Below, piece after piece: positions 1-12,954 of a DNA stretch of 64,000 nt; position 1 is the first letter of the stretch; each line of letters begins with the position of its first letter. The position numbers and the translations under genes were made by a program. Origin of the DNA: the human T2T-CHM13v2.0 reference genome, Homo sapiens; NCBI RefSeq assembly GCF_009914755.1, contig NC_060931.1. One strand, 5' to 3'. The notes beneath the pieces were generated by a model that worked only from the letters and a program-made list of their open reading frames with translations, was not told where the DNA came from and did not search any database.

Positions 1-226
1 AATTGTGATTTTTTGTTTCCTTCATTTTGTTTATCAAAAAATAAGTTTATCTTTGTTCATCATTTTTTACTTGCTCAATAATAGATATATAATTTGTCAT
101 TCCCTGGTTAATTTAAATTTAAAATTTGTATGAATTATAAATAAGATATGTTTCTTCCCTATGAATCCAAATGTCTGAAGTCATACTTAGTCAAAAACTT
201 GGTTATGGCAAACAGAAAGTTTTTTT

Positions 227-1808
227 ATTGCACTTTTAAATTTTTTTAAATTTTACTTTAAGTTCTGGGATACATGTGCTGAATGGGGCAGGTTAGTTAC
301 ATAGGTATATATGTGCCATGGTGGTTTGCTGCACCTATCAACACATCATCTAGGTTTTAAGCCCCGCATGATTAGGTATATGTCCTAAAGCTCTCCTTCC
401 CCTTTGCCTCCACTGCCCAACAGGCCCTGGTATGTGATGTTCCCCTCCCTCTGTACATGTGCTCTCATTGTTCAACTCCCACTAATGAGTGAGAACATGC
501 AGTGTTTGGTTTTCTGTTCCTGTGTTAGTTTCCTGAGGATGATGATTTCCAGCTTCTTCCATGTCCGTGCAAAGGACACGAACTCATTCTTTCTTATGGC
601 TGCACAGATTCCTTGGAGTATATGTGCCACACTTGCTTTATCCAGTCTATCATTGATGGGAATTTGGGTTGGTTCCAAGTCTTGGCTGTTGTAAATAGTG
701 CTGCAATAAACGTATGTGTGCATGTGTCTTTATAGCAGAATGATTTATAATCTTCTGGGTATATACCCAGTAAGGGGAGTGCTGGGTCAAATGGTATTTC
801 TGGTTCTAGATCCTTGAGAAATTGCCACACTGTCTTCCACAATGGTTGAACTAATTTATACTCCCACCAACAGTGTGAAAGAGTCCCTATTTCTCCGCAA
901 CCTCGTCAGCATCTGTTGTTTCCAGACTTTTGAATGATCACCATTCTAACTGGTGTGAGATGGTATCTCACTGTGGTTTTGATTTGAATTTCTCTAATGA
1001 CCAGTGATGATGAGCTTTTTTTTCATGTTTGTTGGCCACATAAATGTCTTCTTTTGAGAAGTGTCTGTTCATATCGTTTGCCCACTTTTTGATGTGGTTG
1101 TTTGTTTTTTTCTTGTAAATTTGTTTAAGTTTTTTGCAGATTCTGGATATTAGCCCTTTGTCAGATGGTTAGATTGTGAAAAGTTTCTCCCATTCTGTCG
1201 GTTGCCTGTACACTCTGATGGTAGTTTCTTTTGCTGAGAAGAAGCTCTTTAGTTTAATTAGATCTCATTTGTCAATTTTGGCTTTTGTTGCAATTGCTTT
1301 TGGTGTTTTATTCATGCAATCTTTGCCCGTGCGTATCCTGAATGATATTGCCTAGGTTTTCTTCTATGGTTTTTATAATTTTAGGTTTTACATTTAAGTC
1401 TTTAATCCATCTTGAGTTAATTTTTGTATAAGATGTAAGGAAGGGGTCCAGTTTCAATTTTCTGCATATGGCTAGCCAGTTTTCCCAGCACCCTTTAATG
1501 AATAGGAGATCTTTTCCACATTGCTTGTTTTTGTCAGGTTTGTTGAAGATCAGATGGTTGTAGATGTGTGGTGTTATTTCCGAGGCCTCTGTTCTGTCCC
1601 ATTGGTCTATGTATCTGTTTTGGTACCAGTATCATGCCGTTTTGGTTACTGTAACCTTGTAGTATAGTTTGAAGTCAGGTAACATGATGCCTCACACTTC
1701 TTTCTTTTTGTTTAGGATTGTCTTGGCTATGCAGGCTCTTTTTGATTCCATATAAAATTTAAAGTAGTTTTTTTTGTTTTTTTTTTTAGTTCTGTGATGA
1801 AGAAAGTT
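227..1808 (-). mobile_element. LINE-1 3' fragment (~1.6 kb, 5'-truncated), L1PA7/L1PA8-like
   Basis: T-rich tail followed by the antisense L1 3'UTR (TAGGTTTTAAGCCCCGCATG block) and the ORF2 C-terminus (ORF track: WQFLKDLEPEIPFDPALPLLGIYP, TAKTWNQPK). Candidate TSD AGAAAGTT at 214-221 and 1801-1808. Confidence 0.95.
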
Positions 1809-2469
1809 GATTTTACAAAAGTTCTTTGTTTATTATCTTCTTCTAAGAATAAAAACCTTACTTTTCTTTAAATTTAGACCTACTAATAGTTTTGAGATTT
1901 GTTATTTGAATGTTATGAATAATTTTGGCCTTATATTTACTTTTTCTCTAGACCATTTTATGTAAAAGTACGTTTTTCACGACCAAGCCTGTGTTAATGA
2001 ATTCAAATTTGTTTCCTTACTGGAGTGATTCTTTTGCTAATCCAGAACTGCTCCCCCAGAACTGCCATAAGCCATCTCTTGCTGCCGCCATGTTTGTGCT
2101 ATAAGTAGTTAGTTTCCAGGCACAGGGCTAATTATTTTCATCTAACATTAATATATTTAGGATGGTAAAAGTGACAAATACCAATATCACAAAATTTAAG
2201 AACACTATTATCCCTAAACTATCCACCAATCACTATGTGTACACTGTAGAGTCTAGCATTAAGAATATATATTTAAAACAATACATGTATCAGTTAAAAT
2301 AGCATGCGCTTATTATTATATTACATTGTTTCCACTCTTTTTCTTCAAACATTGTAATAAGGATGTTTGACACAATGTGAAAAATAAAAGTTAATAAAAT
2401 TTGATAGCCTCACTGTCTCTTCTTATGTTTTCTAAACTGTCCAAAATATTTAGACCTTTTGAATGAATG

Positions 2470-2682
2470 ACGTTGAGTTTGTTTTTTTATCCAATGGCAT
2501 TTACAAACTGTGTGACCTTGGGACAATATTTAATTTCTGTGAATCTTAGTCTACATGTATTTTTAAAAATAGGAATAATTGTAGATAACTGTCAGACTTG
2601 TTGGGAGAAATAAATCGTACCAATATGTATATTGCCTAGCACAATACCAAACTCATCGGGAGCACCATTAATGTTAGTTCCT
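2470..2682 (+). mobile_element. MIR SINE
   Basis: MIR core CTGTGTGACCTTGGGACAA...AAAATAGGAATAAT and a 3' end resembling GCCTAGCACAATACC...ATGTTAGTT. Confidence 0.75.
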
Positions 2683-3404
2683 TCTTTCTAATAATCTATG
2701 GAAAATCATTCTAAACTCTTTACTTTTAACTCTTAAACTTAGATACCTTTGGAAAGATAACTTTTTGGTAAGTGTCATCTAGAAATGCATTCACTTCTCA
2801 TTGTTCTTTAGCAGGTGAAATGTGTGTGAACTGTTTTAAAGTTTTATGTGACGTCTACAATGTTGTAGGTGTTTTCTTCCCTCTTCATTGTATACCCATG
2901 TATCCTTGGTAAACTATGATTTATTTAAGCACCATCCATCCTGTGCTAGCTGATTATGGAAATATATGAAGATTTAAAATTTAGAGATTTCAGGCTGATC
3001 AGTTTGTCTTGGTGTTTAGGTTACAAATTGGTTCATGTAATGATTTTCTTAATTTCTCCCAGAACTGTCTCTAGATAATGCCATCAAGCAACATGGTGAA
3101 TAAAACCTGTTACTTTTGTTTTTTAGATTCTAAAACATATTCTGAGAAAAATATTTGCAGTTCTATTGTGTGTAGCAATCCAATGACAAAATTCTCTAAC
3201 CACCATAGGCTTAAAAATGATGACATTTTTGGAAGTAATTTTTTAACTATTTCACAAAACATATCATAAGAGAGAGAAAAATGTGATAAATTATATCAGG
3301 CAGATAACTTACTGTCTTTTTCAGGCCGTAAATTATGGTTTTAAATATGTATGTACCATAATGAATTTATGTTAAAAATAATCAGAGATGGGAGGGTCTT
3401 GTAG

Positions 3405-4146
3405 TGTAATCATCCGATGGGTTCTTCCTGCCTGCTGCATAGACAAAATCAATTCACTGAGACCGCATCATTGAAGTAAAGAGTTTAATTGATACAAGGC
3501 TGGCCACATAGCAGATGGAGTTATTACTCAAATCAGTCTTCCTGAAGGCTCAGAAGTTCGGGTTTTTCAAGTATAGTTTGGTGGGTAGAAAACTAGGAAA
3601 TAGGTGTTGCAGATTGGCTGGGGATGCAATCATAGGGGTGTGGAAAAGGGTCTGTTTGCACTAAGTCTACCTCTTGCTGGAGGGGCCACAAGACTAGTTG
3701 AGTCGTGAGTCCTGATGGGGTCAGCCTGAAAAATATCTCAAAAGACCACTTTTAGGTTCTATAATAGTGATGTTACCTATAGGAGCAATTGGGGAACTCA
3801 CGAATCTTGTGACCTCTGGCCACGTTACTGAGTAGAAAGGGATTATAGAAACTAGGCCTATATTTTAGCAGACCTTCAGGACCCTCCCATAATCCTAATC
3901 TTGTGGCCTTTCATTAGTTTTACAAAGCAGTTTCAGCTCCAGAACAAGGAGGAAATCAGTTTTAGGGAGGGACTATTATCATTGTGTCTTCAGAGCTAAA
4001 CAATAAACTAAATTTCTCCCATGGTTAGCTAGCCCTACACCCAGGAATAAGCAAGGGAGAGTAGTCAGCCTGTGAGACTAGAAGTAAGATGGAATCAGTC
4101 ATGTTAGATTTCTCTCAGTGTCATAATGTTTGCAAAGGCTGTTTCA
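3405..4146 (-). mobile_element. Solo ERV1 LTR, LTR8A-like (742 bp)
   Basis: TG...CA termini and a perfect 4-bp TSD GTAG (3401-3404, 4147-4150). The minus strand begins TGAAACAGCCTTTGCAAACATTATGACACTGAGAGAAATCTAAC, as in LTR8A. Confidence 0.9.
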
Positions 4147-4802
4147 GTAGTGACTATCAGAACTTCCTGTAGTCAAGTAACCACTTAAACCACCTAAATC
4201 AAGTGACTGTTCATGTACATTGGATGAGTGAGAAAAAAATAAGTTTCTTTTAATTTTTCTGGGAATAAAACATATTTCTCTGGCTATTTGGTTGTCAGAA
4301 ACATGCTACTCTATACCACTCTATACCATTCAAATTAAGGATACCAAGTTTAGAGTCCCTGTCATTGAAACTCTCCTATGATGATAACTCCCCAAACATT
4401 TATATGCTGGATATTTAGCCATGAAGAAGTTTATTCTGGGAAATTCCCAGTTTTGTATATCATTGGAGGTAACATTGTTTCTTCAATAACATAACTGTTT
4501 TGTGTCTTTTCAAAATCGTCATTGTATGGTAAACTCTAAAAGAGTACTTCCTGTTCTTTAGTTACAATTTTACATTGTATGTAGTACACATTTGGGGCAG
4601 CTTTCCATAGCTATTATTTAATTTCAAACTCAGTATAACTCAGTATAAATAAATGTTAGCTAGATTGATGGTTCTGGTTTTATTCCTATTTCATTTTCAA
4701 GGTAGGAAAATTAACATTGGCTTACAGTATTGAAGAAGTAATTTTTCCAATTACATGGAAATTGCAGTTTTCCTTCTCTTACTACAGTCACTCAAATTTT
4801 AT

Positions 4803-5274
4803 ACAAAATTGGGGCCTAGCCTGGGAGAGTTCTTGGCTTCACCAGGAGATAATTCAAGGGTGATCTGGTGATCAGAGAAGCAATTGTTATTGAACGGGTA
4901 CTGCTTCTTGTGGAGCAGGACTAACTCATAGGCAGTGTGCCAGGGCTGTTGGCACGTGTATTTATACCCACTTCTAATTATATGCTAATTAAGAGGCAGA
5001 TTATTTTGAACTTTCTGGAAAATGGTGGGGAGTTTCCAGAATCATATAAGGTAACTTCCAGGCTGTTACCATGGCCCATTGCCATGGCATTAGTAAACTG
5101 TCATGAGGCTGGTGGGAGTGTCATTATGTTAATGAGCTGTGAGGACACTGGAGGTTGCTTTCCTCACAGTCTCCTGGGGTTGCTGGCCTCTTCACTGCAT
5201 GCTATTTTGACCAGATCCTGCTTTTATCAAGGTGTTGGTGACCAGAAAAAGACTCCTATGGGCCTCCTACCTCG
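4803..5274 (-). mobile_element. Solo ERV1 (MER4-group) LTR, MER66-like
   Basis: Minus strand starts (C/T)GAGGTAGGAG and ends CCAAGAACTCTCCCAGGCTAGGCCCCAATTTT, typical of MER66-type LTRs. The left boundary is eroded. Confidence 0.7.
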
Positions 5275-6000
5275 TCCTCATGCAAGTAAACTGCCTGTTT
5301 TACCTGGGACTTTACCTGGGACTACATTTTGTGTTCTCTTAGACATCCAACAGAGAAAATTCCAACAGTTCAGCCATATTTTGTATAGATAGATTACACA
5401 AATTTAATAGCTGAACTTTTAAATAAAGTCAGATTAATAGGTACAAGTCCAGGGCCTGATATGGCCACTTGCTGGCAATTGCTTGTTTAATTTGATTCAT
5501 GGAGACAGCCAAGTTGGTCAATGTCAAACCCAATATTCACCCTTTGACCTAAACATATATCCTGTGTTGGTCAAATTAATTGTAAGATCTGTTGGTTTTC
5601 CTTTTAATCATTGAGGACAATATGTGAGACTCTGTAGAACTTCACAGAATCGACTGGCATGTCTCAGCTTAGAGTTTCCTGATTTACATCCTCAGGGTCA
5701 AAAGGCATATTTTATGTTAAATGTCCATGCCACACTCCTAATTTAGCCTTGACCAACTCCAAATAATCTACTCTTTTAGGTTAGTTGTAATTGTTATATT
5801 TCGACATTAATATTAAGACTTTATTCTTTGGTTTCTTTTTTAATAGGAGATTGGTTAACTGACTTGAATTTTTCACTGGGTTTATATTTTAATTGGATAC
5901 ATTAATTATTATTTGTGAGTTTCTACTAACGTTGGAAAACAGAGGGACTTAGAGCCATTTCAGTTAGAGAGGATAAGATTTCAGTACTCCTAGGTTTAAA

Positions 6001-6016
6001 TGTGTGTGTGTGTGTG
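6001..6016. repeat. (TG)8 microsatellite
   Basis: Read directly from the sequence. Confidence 0.9.
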
Positions 6017-7308
6017 CACATGTGAGTCCTAATGTTATAAACTGAATGATTTCTGTGTGTTTAAGAAATGTGAGCCATTGGTCCTAGGTAAAGACAATGG
6101 TAAAAGCAAGAACTCTCCAAGTTATTGCCTTACATACCACAGACATTATGGCCATATATTTCCACAGAACAGACACCAGTGGGTTTTTGTTGTTGTTATT
6201 TTATTGAATGACTTGAAGCTTGCTAAATGACTTTACTGTCTTATTTTATCAGTATTTAAGCTGATAAAATGTCCCTCTAGGCTTTGGGAAGTCAAGCTAT
6301 CTATTTTTAATTATTTACAATTTGCTTTAAGTTAATCTTCCCAAGTTGTTCCTGCATTGCTTATCTGATTTTCTTTCTTAGTTTATCTACACGATCCTAG
6401 GAAAGAAGGCCCTATATCTATGAACAGACACCTGCACTGTAGAATAAATACTAAAGTATTACCTTGACCCTGCACTAGGATGAAAGAGACTATGGACCAG
6501 CCAATATGATTGTCCATTTAAACAACTAATATTAGCACAAATCAAGTTCAGTTTGGTGTCTTCCATTAAACTCATTCATCAAAATAGAAAATGTCATTTC
6601 AGTAAGAAGCAAAATATACCCAAGAATATTTCTACAGTCCCTGGTAGGTATGATTACAAATATCAACAAATTCTCCACTTATCTGGTCGGTAGTTGATGC
6701 TACTTTCACTTACTCCACTGATATAGTTAAGGTCTTTTGGCCACAACTACAAGGTATGGATTAAAAAGTTAGAAATCATAAAGATTGTTTCTTTATTCTG
6801 CATGTATGATGAGCCTCCCAAAGTTATTGACTTTAAAGTTCTCAATTGTAGTATTATAAGTCACTTCTACATTTTGCTAAGTTTAATAATATTCTTCAAT
6901 TTCTTTAAAATGTATTGATTAACAGCTGAATCATAATTTTTGTTGCTCTGTTTACTTGATGATCAAGGCCAAAGTCCAGTAAAAAGCGACAGGAAGTGTA
7001 TATTCAGGTTGTAGATTTAGCATTTCTGTTAGATGAATTTTGTAACCTACAGTTTACTTAACAATATATAATTAACATTGTTCCCCATATGATTAAATAT
7101 TTTTCTATATTGTCATATTGGTAAGATATTTCAGATGTTTTACTTTTCTACGTATTTAAATATATTTGTGTAGTAAATATAGAGTTAAACAATTTAAATT
7201 ATTTACTGTTAGCAAATTCCTAAATTCCTAAAAATTGATTGCTGTTTCCAAGGACTTGTACAATTTTGAAAAAAAGTACATATACATAACTATATGTGTG
7301 TGTATATA

Positions 7309-7310
<2 letters not shown>

Positions 7311-7368
<58 letters not shown>
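7311..7368. repeat. Compound (TG)6(TA)23 microsatellite
   Basis: Read directly; pure TA run at 7323-7368. Confidence 0.95.
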
Positions 7369-7372
<4 letters not shown>

Positions 7373-7474
7373 CTCTTTTTCCAGCCAAATATGTTTTAGT
7401 TAATTAAATTTCAGCTAGCTGGTTGTAAAGTTGGCTATGTTCTGAATGCATAGCATGGCAATACTAGGAGATTT

Positions 7475-7520
7475 TATATGTATATACATATATACACACA
7501 CACACACACATATATATATA
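7475..7520. repeat. TA/CA compound microsatellite including (CA)8(TA)5
   Basis: Read directly from the sequence. Confidence 0.9.
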
Positions 7521-7659
7521 TTTAACAGTAAGATGACAATGACCTCATAGAAGTGATAATAGAAAATAAGAACTAATACATCTTGTAAATGAAAAATAGC
7601 AAAATATATATTGAGAATTATCTTGGAAATCATATGAAGCTTCTCTTCTATGATCATTA

Positions 7660-8265
7660 ATTCATTCACCTTTTTAAAAAATTATTTACTGAGCACCTAC
7701 TATTTTCCAGGCACTGTGCTAGATGACTAGGATACAAAGACCAGTAGGCCATTATCTCAACTTTGTGTCTGTGCAGAATATGTTTACATAAAACAGATTC
7801 ACTTCTATAAAATGGCTGCAAGAGATGCCTGAATGAAGTGTCTCTAGAGGGAGTGAGTGGGGAAGTTTGTGGAGGCTTTACAGAAAAAATAGTATTTGAT
7901 CGAGCTCTACTAGTGTAAGTAGGAATTTGTCAAAATGCAAAGATATACAATGCAAACAGTAAAAGGTGTTTTTGTTTGATTTGTTTTGTTTTTAATGAAA
8001 TGAGGTGGTAGTCAGAAGTATGTTTTGTGTCTACCTTGAATGTGGAGTCACCCACACCTTGCTAAGAAGTTCAGTAATTTGTGCAAAAAGTGAGAAAAAG
8101 TTTTTCAATAAAGGAGTGACAAAATGTTTGTACAAGGAAAGTACCCTTAATGGACTAAAGTAGAGGAGAAACTGGTGGCAAGAAAACAATAGGGAAACTG
8201 TTAGAGTAGGTCATAGGATAGAGGCCATGTCTTAGACGTGGTGAAAATGAAGAGAAGCTGATAAA
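7660..8265 (-). mobile_element. L2 LINE 3' fragment
   Basis: TTCATTCA...TATTTACTGAGCACCTACTAT...CCAGGCACTGTGCTAG is the L2 3' end in antisense, followed by purine-rich L2 body. Confidence 0.75.
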
Positions 8266-8294
8266 CCAACCAGCTTGTTACGCTGCCCAGTTCT

Positions 8295-8520
8295 CTCCCC
8301 TCCATAAAGCCTTTTTTAAATCACTCCAGCTGAAGCCAGTCTCACCTTTTGCGCTCTTTGCTTGTACTTCCTCTTAACACCCACTTTACATTATCTTAAA
8401 TTATAATACGTATGTCTTTGTCTCATCAGCTTACAGGACATAAGGCCTTTATTCATCTTGTATTCCCTTTAGTGTTGGCTATTGTATATACTATATAGTA
8501 GAAGCATAATATTTTTAAAT
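8295..8520 (+). mobile_element. L2 LINE 3' fragment
   Basis: AAGCCTT...TTATTCATCTTGTATTCCC...TAGTAG is a degenerate L2 3' end. Confidence 0.55.
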
Positions 8521-9022
8521 ATTTTATATTTAATATGATATTTAATGATTGGTAGTTGTAACAGCGTATTTGGCTCAGTGATAACTATTATAGCATTCAT
8601 CACATTATATCGTCTCCCTGACAACATGGGATCAGACTCTGTGATCAGAGTTTATGGTGTATTCATGGTTCTTACATTACATAAGAGAAAAAAACATAGA
8701 GAAAAAAACATTAGAGGAAAAAAACAAAGGGCATCTTGCATTTGAGAAAATATAGGTTTTACTTTTACTACTTAAAAATAAAAAATGTTAGCTATCCTGT
8801 CATTTATGTAAGCTGATATAAAACCTTTAACTTCTCTCTATATAGTATTGTGATCATTGTATTAAAATTTCCCATGTTTCCAAAAACTCCACTTAAACAT
8901 TTGGAAATAGTTAACAATAAATAATGTGTAGATGCTTCAAAGATTTGTTTTTTATAATGTTATTCTTCACGTAATAATTTTCATATATATTTATCCAATA
9001 ATTTAACCCTAGCTAATTTTAT

Positions 9023-9368
<346 letters not shown>

Positions 9369-9902
9369 TAAAATTTCAGTGACATTGTGTCCATGAAACA
9401 CCAAAACTCAATTATATTATTTCAAAACATGTTATAATGCCTTACGGAACAGCAGCAAAAATAGGGGTCAAAGCATTTTGACTATTAACATGACTCTTTT
9501 GTTTTGACTTTTTAGGTTACACTTGAACACAACAATTTGTATATTAACACATATGCCATATTTAAATATCTGAATGCAAAAGGGTTCTACAATAAGGAGG
9601 AGTACTTTAGGCTCCTTGGAGAAAATTTTAAAAAATGTATTTTATGACTTTTTTTCACTATAAACTAAACAGCAAACAACCATACTCCAATAAAGCAAAG
9701 TCATGTCACTAAAGTTACTCAGCTATCAAACAACTTTTCAGAATCACCAGAACTGAAAGTAACACGTTTCCATGTGTATCTATTGATTGTCTGTCTTTCC
9801 CACTGGAAGGTAATACACTTTTTTCAAACTGTCTTTATACTCCCATAGCCTGTTAAATGACTGGCTCCTAGAAAGCAACAAATTGTTTGTGAAATCAATT
9901 AA

Positions 9903-9956
9903 TAAAGTAAATAATTATTTAATCAATTAAAGTAAATAATTATTTAATCAATTAAA
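9903..9956. repeat. Perfect 25-bp tandem duplication TAAAGTAAATAATTATTTAATCAAT x2
   Basis: 9903-9927 is identical to 9928-9952. Confidence 0.95.
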
Positions 9957-9974
9957 CTACCACTGTGTTTACCA

Positions 9975-10150
9975 ACAATCCTCAAACTTTAATGTGCATA
10001 GAAGTTATGTGCAGAACTTCATTTTAAAATGCAGATATCTAACTCCTGCACACATAGATTCTAATTCAGTAGGCTATGCAGTCTGTGACTGTGCATCTAA
10101 CAAGGACACCAGTGTTTCTCATTTGGAGCAAAGATCACTCTTTAAAAATA
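9975..10150. mobile_element. MER5-type hAT-Charlie MITE
   Basis: CTCAAACTTTAATGTGCATAGAA...TTAAAATGCAGAT...AGATTCTAATTCAGTAGG are MER5 motifs. Confidence 0.7.
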
Positions 10151-10739
10151 TTGATATAAATAACACTAATGAGATCAAGAAAACTTCTTGATTCAGATAA
10201 CCTTTAGCAAATCTTTGGGCAATTAAGTGTTAATTGATTGTGAATAAAGAGGGTCAAATTAAATGAGCACTGCATGTACTATTAAAAAAAAAAAAAGAAG
10301 AAGAAGACCTAAAGTGACCATGGGGCACTCTGGTAACTTCTCTGATTCTGTGCCTCTTAGATTTGTGAGGTCAGCATGAGTAGAAGGTAAAAGACAAATT
10401 TGGTAATATGGACAGATTACAGGACAGCCTATGGATCCAGTGTTCCAATTGGACTGCATTTGGTGTCACTATCCCATGGTTCAAACCGAGAGAAAAGCAG
10501 GGAGCAAAAAATCTAGGACAGATAGCAGGGTAGCATCTCAAGATACAGACCATGCAGCTGTACTGACATCAAAAAACGGCCTGAGTGTGACATCTAATCT
10601 CAAGACAAACCTGTCTTTTTTCAGTTCCTATTTTAAGCTGCCTTTTTCATGTTAGTAAATGGGAACTAGGGAAGTATGTGCTGTTCCCAGAGTTAGATAT
10701 GCTTTTGAGGTACTGCCCATTGTGGAAAGTTACATCTAA

Positions 10740-10910
10740 AACATTTATACTTTCTAATTCACCATAAAACCTTTTAAAAATACTGTACAAATTTATGGAC
10801 TCTGAGCCAGTTCTACTAAATCAGTATTTCTAGGGAGCACACAGTGGGAATCCATATATATGAGCTATTTAGGTGACTTTGATGATTGACCAGGTATGGG
10901 AGCTGTGGCT
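10740..10910. mobile_element. MER5-type hAT-Charlie MITE
   Basis: TTTAAAAATACTG...CTACTAAATCAGTATTTCTAGGG...AGGTGACTTTGATG are MER5 motifs. Confidence 0.6.
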
Positions 10911-12639
10911 TTCAAAAGCTTTGATAGATATTTCATTATTAGAAATGTTACTGTGTTTATAAGGCGTCAGTCCTCTTCCCCCCATCTTTAGCCACACATT
11001 TCTGCCTCTGACACAACTCTTCTCCTCATCTGTTGTCTTAGTAGCCTTCTGTCCAAAATTATCTTGTTGTAGATTTGCTTTGTTATTCTATCCCTTTCCT
11101 ATAGTAGCACTTTCCTGTATTCAGTTTTCTGTCAATTTTGAGTCTAAGACTTATTTTTCTATCCTTTCTTTCTCTCTGAATAACTTATATCCTAAAGCAC
11201 ATTGAAATTGCATGTCATACTGTTATACATACCCCACCACTCTTTTTAAGTATATGCTCATTGGTAGTACATCAGCTGGGCTTAATTTCTAAAAACAAAA
11301 TTAGGGCCCGATGGCTCAATATTTCTGAATAAGTAACCAAAATTGTTATTGTTATAAGAATGTAAGAAAAGGGTGACAAAATGGTGAATTGCTTTAACAA
11401 ATGGAAAATGAGTTCAGAATGAAGCAGAATGCCTAAGACATTTTACATCTTGACTTGTTTTAACAAGATTCTAATGCTTTGTAATTCATTTATAGAATAG
11501 TTATAGCTTCCCATTGGCTCTGTGCTCCCATTTACTCAGCTACTGTAAATAATAGCCATCAGCAAAGCTTTTGAAATCTTCAGATGAAAGGAACTTAAAT
11601 TAAGGAAGCTTCCCATGTGCATCCCTTCCCCCACAAAAAAGGATGCTAAGAAAACAAAGAACGGGGAGTACAACGGAATGATTGTAGTAACTGAATGCAT
11701 TCCAGCTTTTGAAAACGATAAACATTTATTTTCTGACCTAAGTGTTGTTGTTTTTAATTTTTTTAACTTTTTTTTCTCAGTTGAAGCAGGCGATAGTGGA
11801 TATTATCTTAAGATATGAAAGATATTGAAGGAGGCAGTATCAAGTCAGTTACACTATGTGGATTAATGTTGCAGTAGTTTCTTTCTTTGGTTATTGCCAA
11901 GCTAGTTGCTATTTTCAGAGTATTAGTCACATGCTTCTGTACCTGAGAGTGAAATTTTTCATTTCCCTCTAAAGATGATTCATTTTGTTTCTTACAGGAA
12001 GAACTTTGATAATAAATTCCAGTGTACTTTTAAAAATGTTCCCAGGGACTTAAAATGAACCTGCAAATATTTAATTTTATATTATCTTTTTGACATAGTT
12101 TGCTTACATAATCTACATATTTTGAATAGATGATTAGACCAAGGGAGCTTGCAGTAGATAAGGTTAAAATCTTAATGAAGATTAAACATCTTCTTTTAAA
12201 ATCTCCTTATATTATTACTGTTGAGTGACAGAATAGATATTCAATCCTTTAAGCCAAGAATGTATAATGGGACCGGTATGTAATAAGTAAACTTGGGAAG
12301 CATAACTGGAAATACAGAAGATACTGAACTTACATAACAATGTGTCTGAACTTTAAACGTTTTTGCTTTCCACAGTCTGGCTTTCTCTCCTGCATTGTCC
12401 ATATGTAAAGATGACTTAGCCAAAGCTCCCAAGCTCCCAAGAGTTGACAAATTCTCCCTTCCAGGGATTAACCCAAACCAAATTATAATATCTTAATCCC
12501 AATTCCAAGTTCCTAAAAGAGAGAATTTGTGACTGAGAGAAGAGGATACTCTTCTCCCTCTGCCAGCTAAGAAGATGTCTGAAGAGATGGCAGCTACAGA
12601 TTGGCCCAGAAATTTAGTCAAATCACCCTATTATTCATG

Positions 12640-12954
12640 TTTTTTTTTTTTCTTTTATAGACAGAGTCTCCCTCGGTCACCCAGGCTGGGGTAAAGTGGT
12701 GCGATCATGGCTTACTGCAACCTCTGCCTCCCGTGTTCAAGCAATTCTCCTGCCTCAGCCTCCTGGTAGCTGGAATTACAGGCGATGGCTACCAGGCCCG
12801 GCTAATTTTTTTTTTTTTTTTTTTTTTGGTCTTTTTAAAAGAGGCAGGGTCTCATCATGTGGTCAGGCTGGTCTCAAACTTCTGACCTCAAATGATCCAC
12901 CTGCCTAGGCCTCCCAAAGTACTGGGATTACTGGCATGAGCCACCATGCCAGGT
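12640..12954 (-). mobile_element. Alu (older S/J type), full length, expanded middle A-rich linker
   Basis: Dimeric Alu in antisense with a T-run of about 22 nt at the linker. TSD not clearly readable. Confidence 0.95.

Noticed and set aside
404-842. ORFs resembling a real protein
   Set aside because: They are frameshifted L1 ORF2 C-terminus and its antisense frame, not a host gene.
4937-5392. 151-aa ORF
   Set aside because: GTG start, lies antisense within a MER66-like LTR, and has no recognisable domain.
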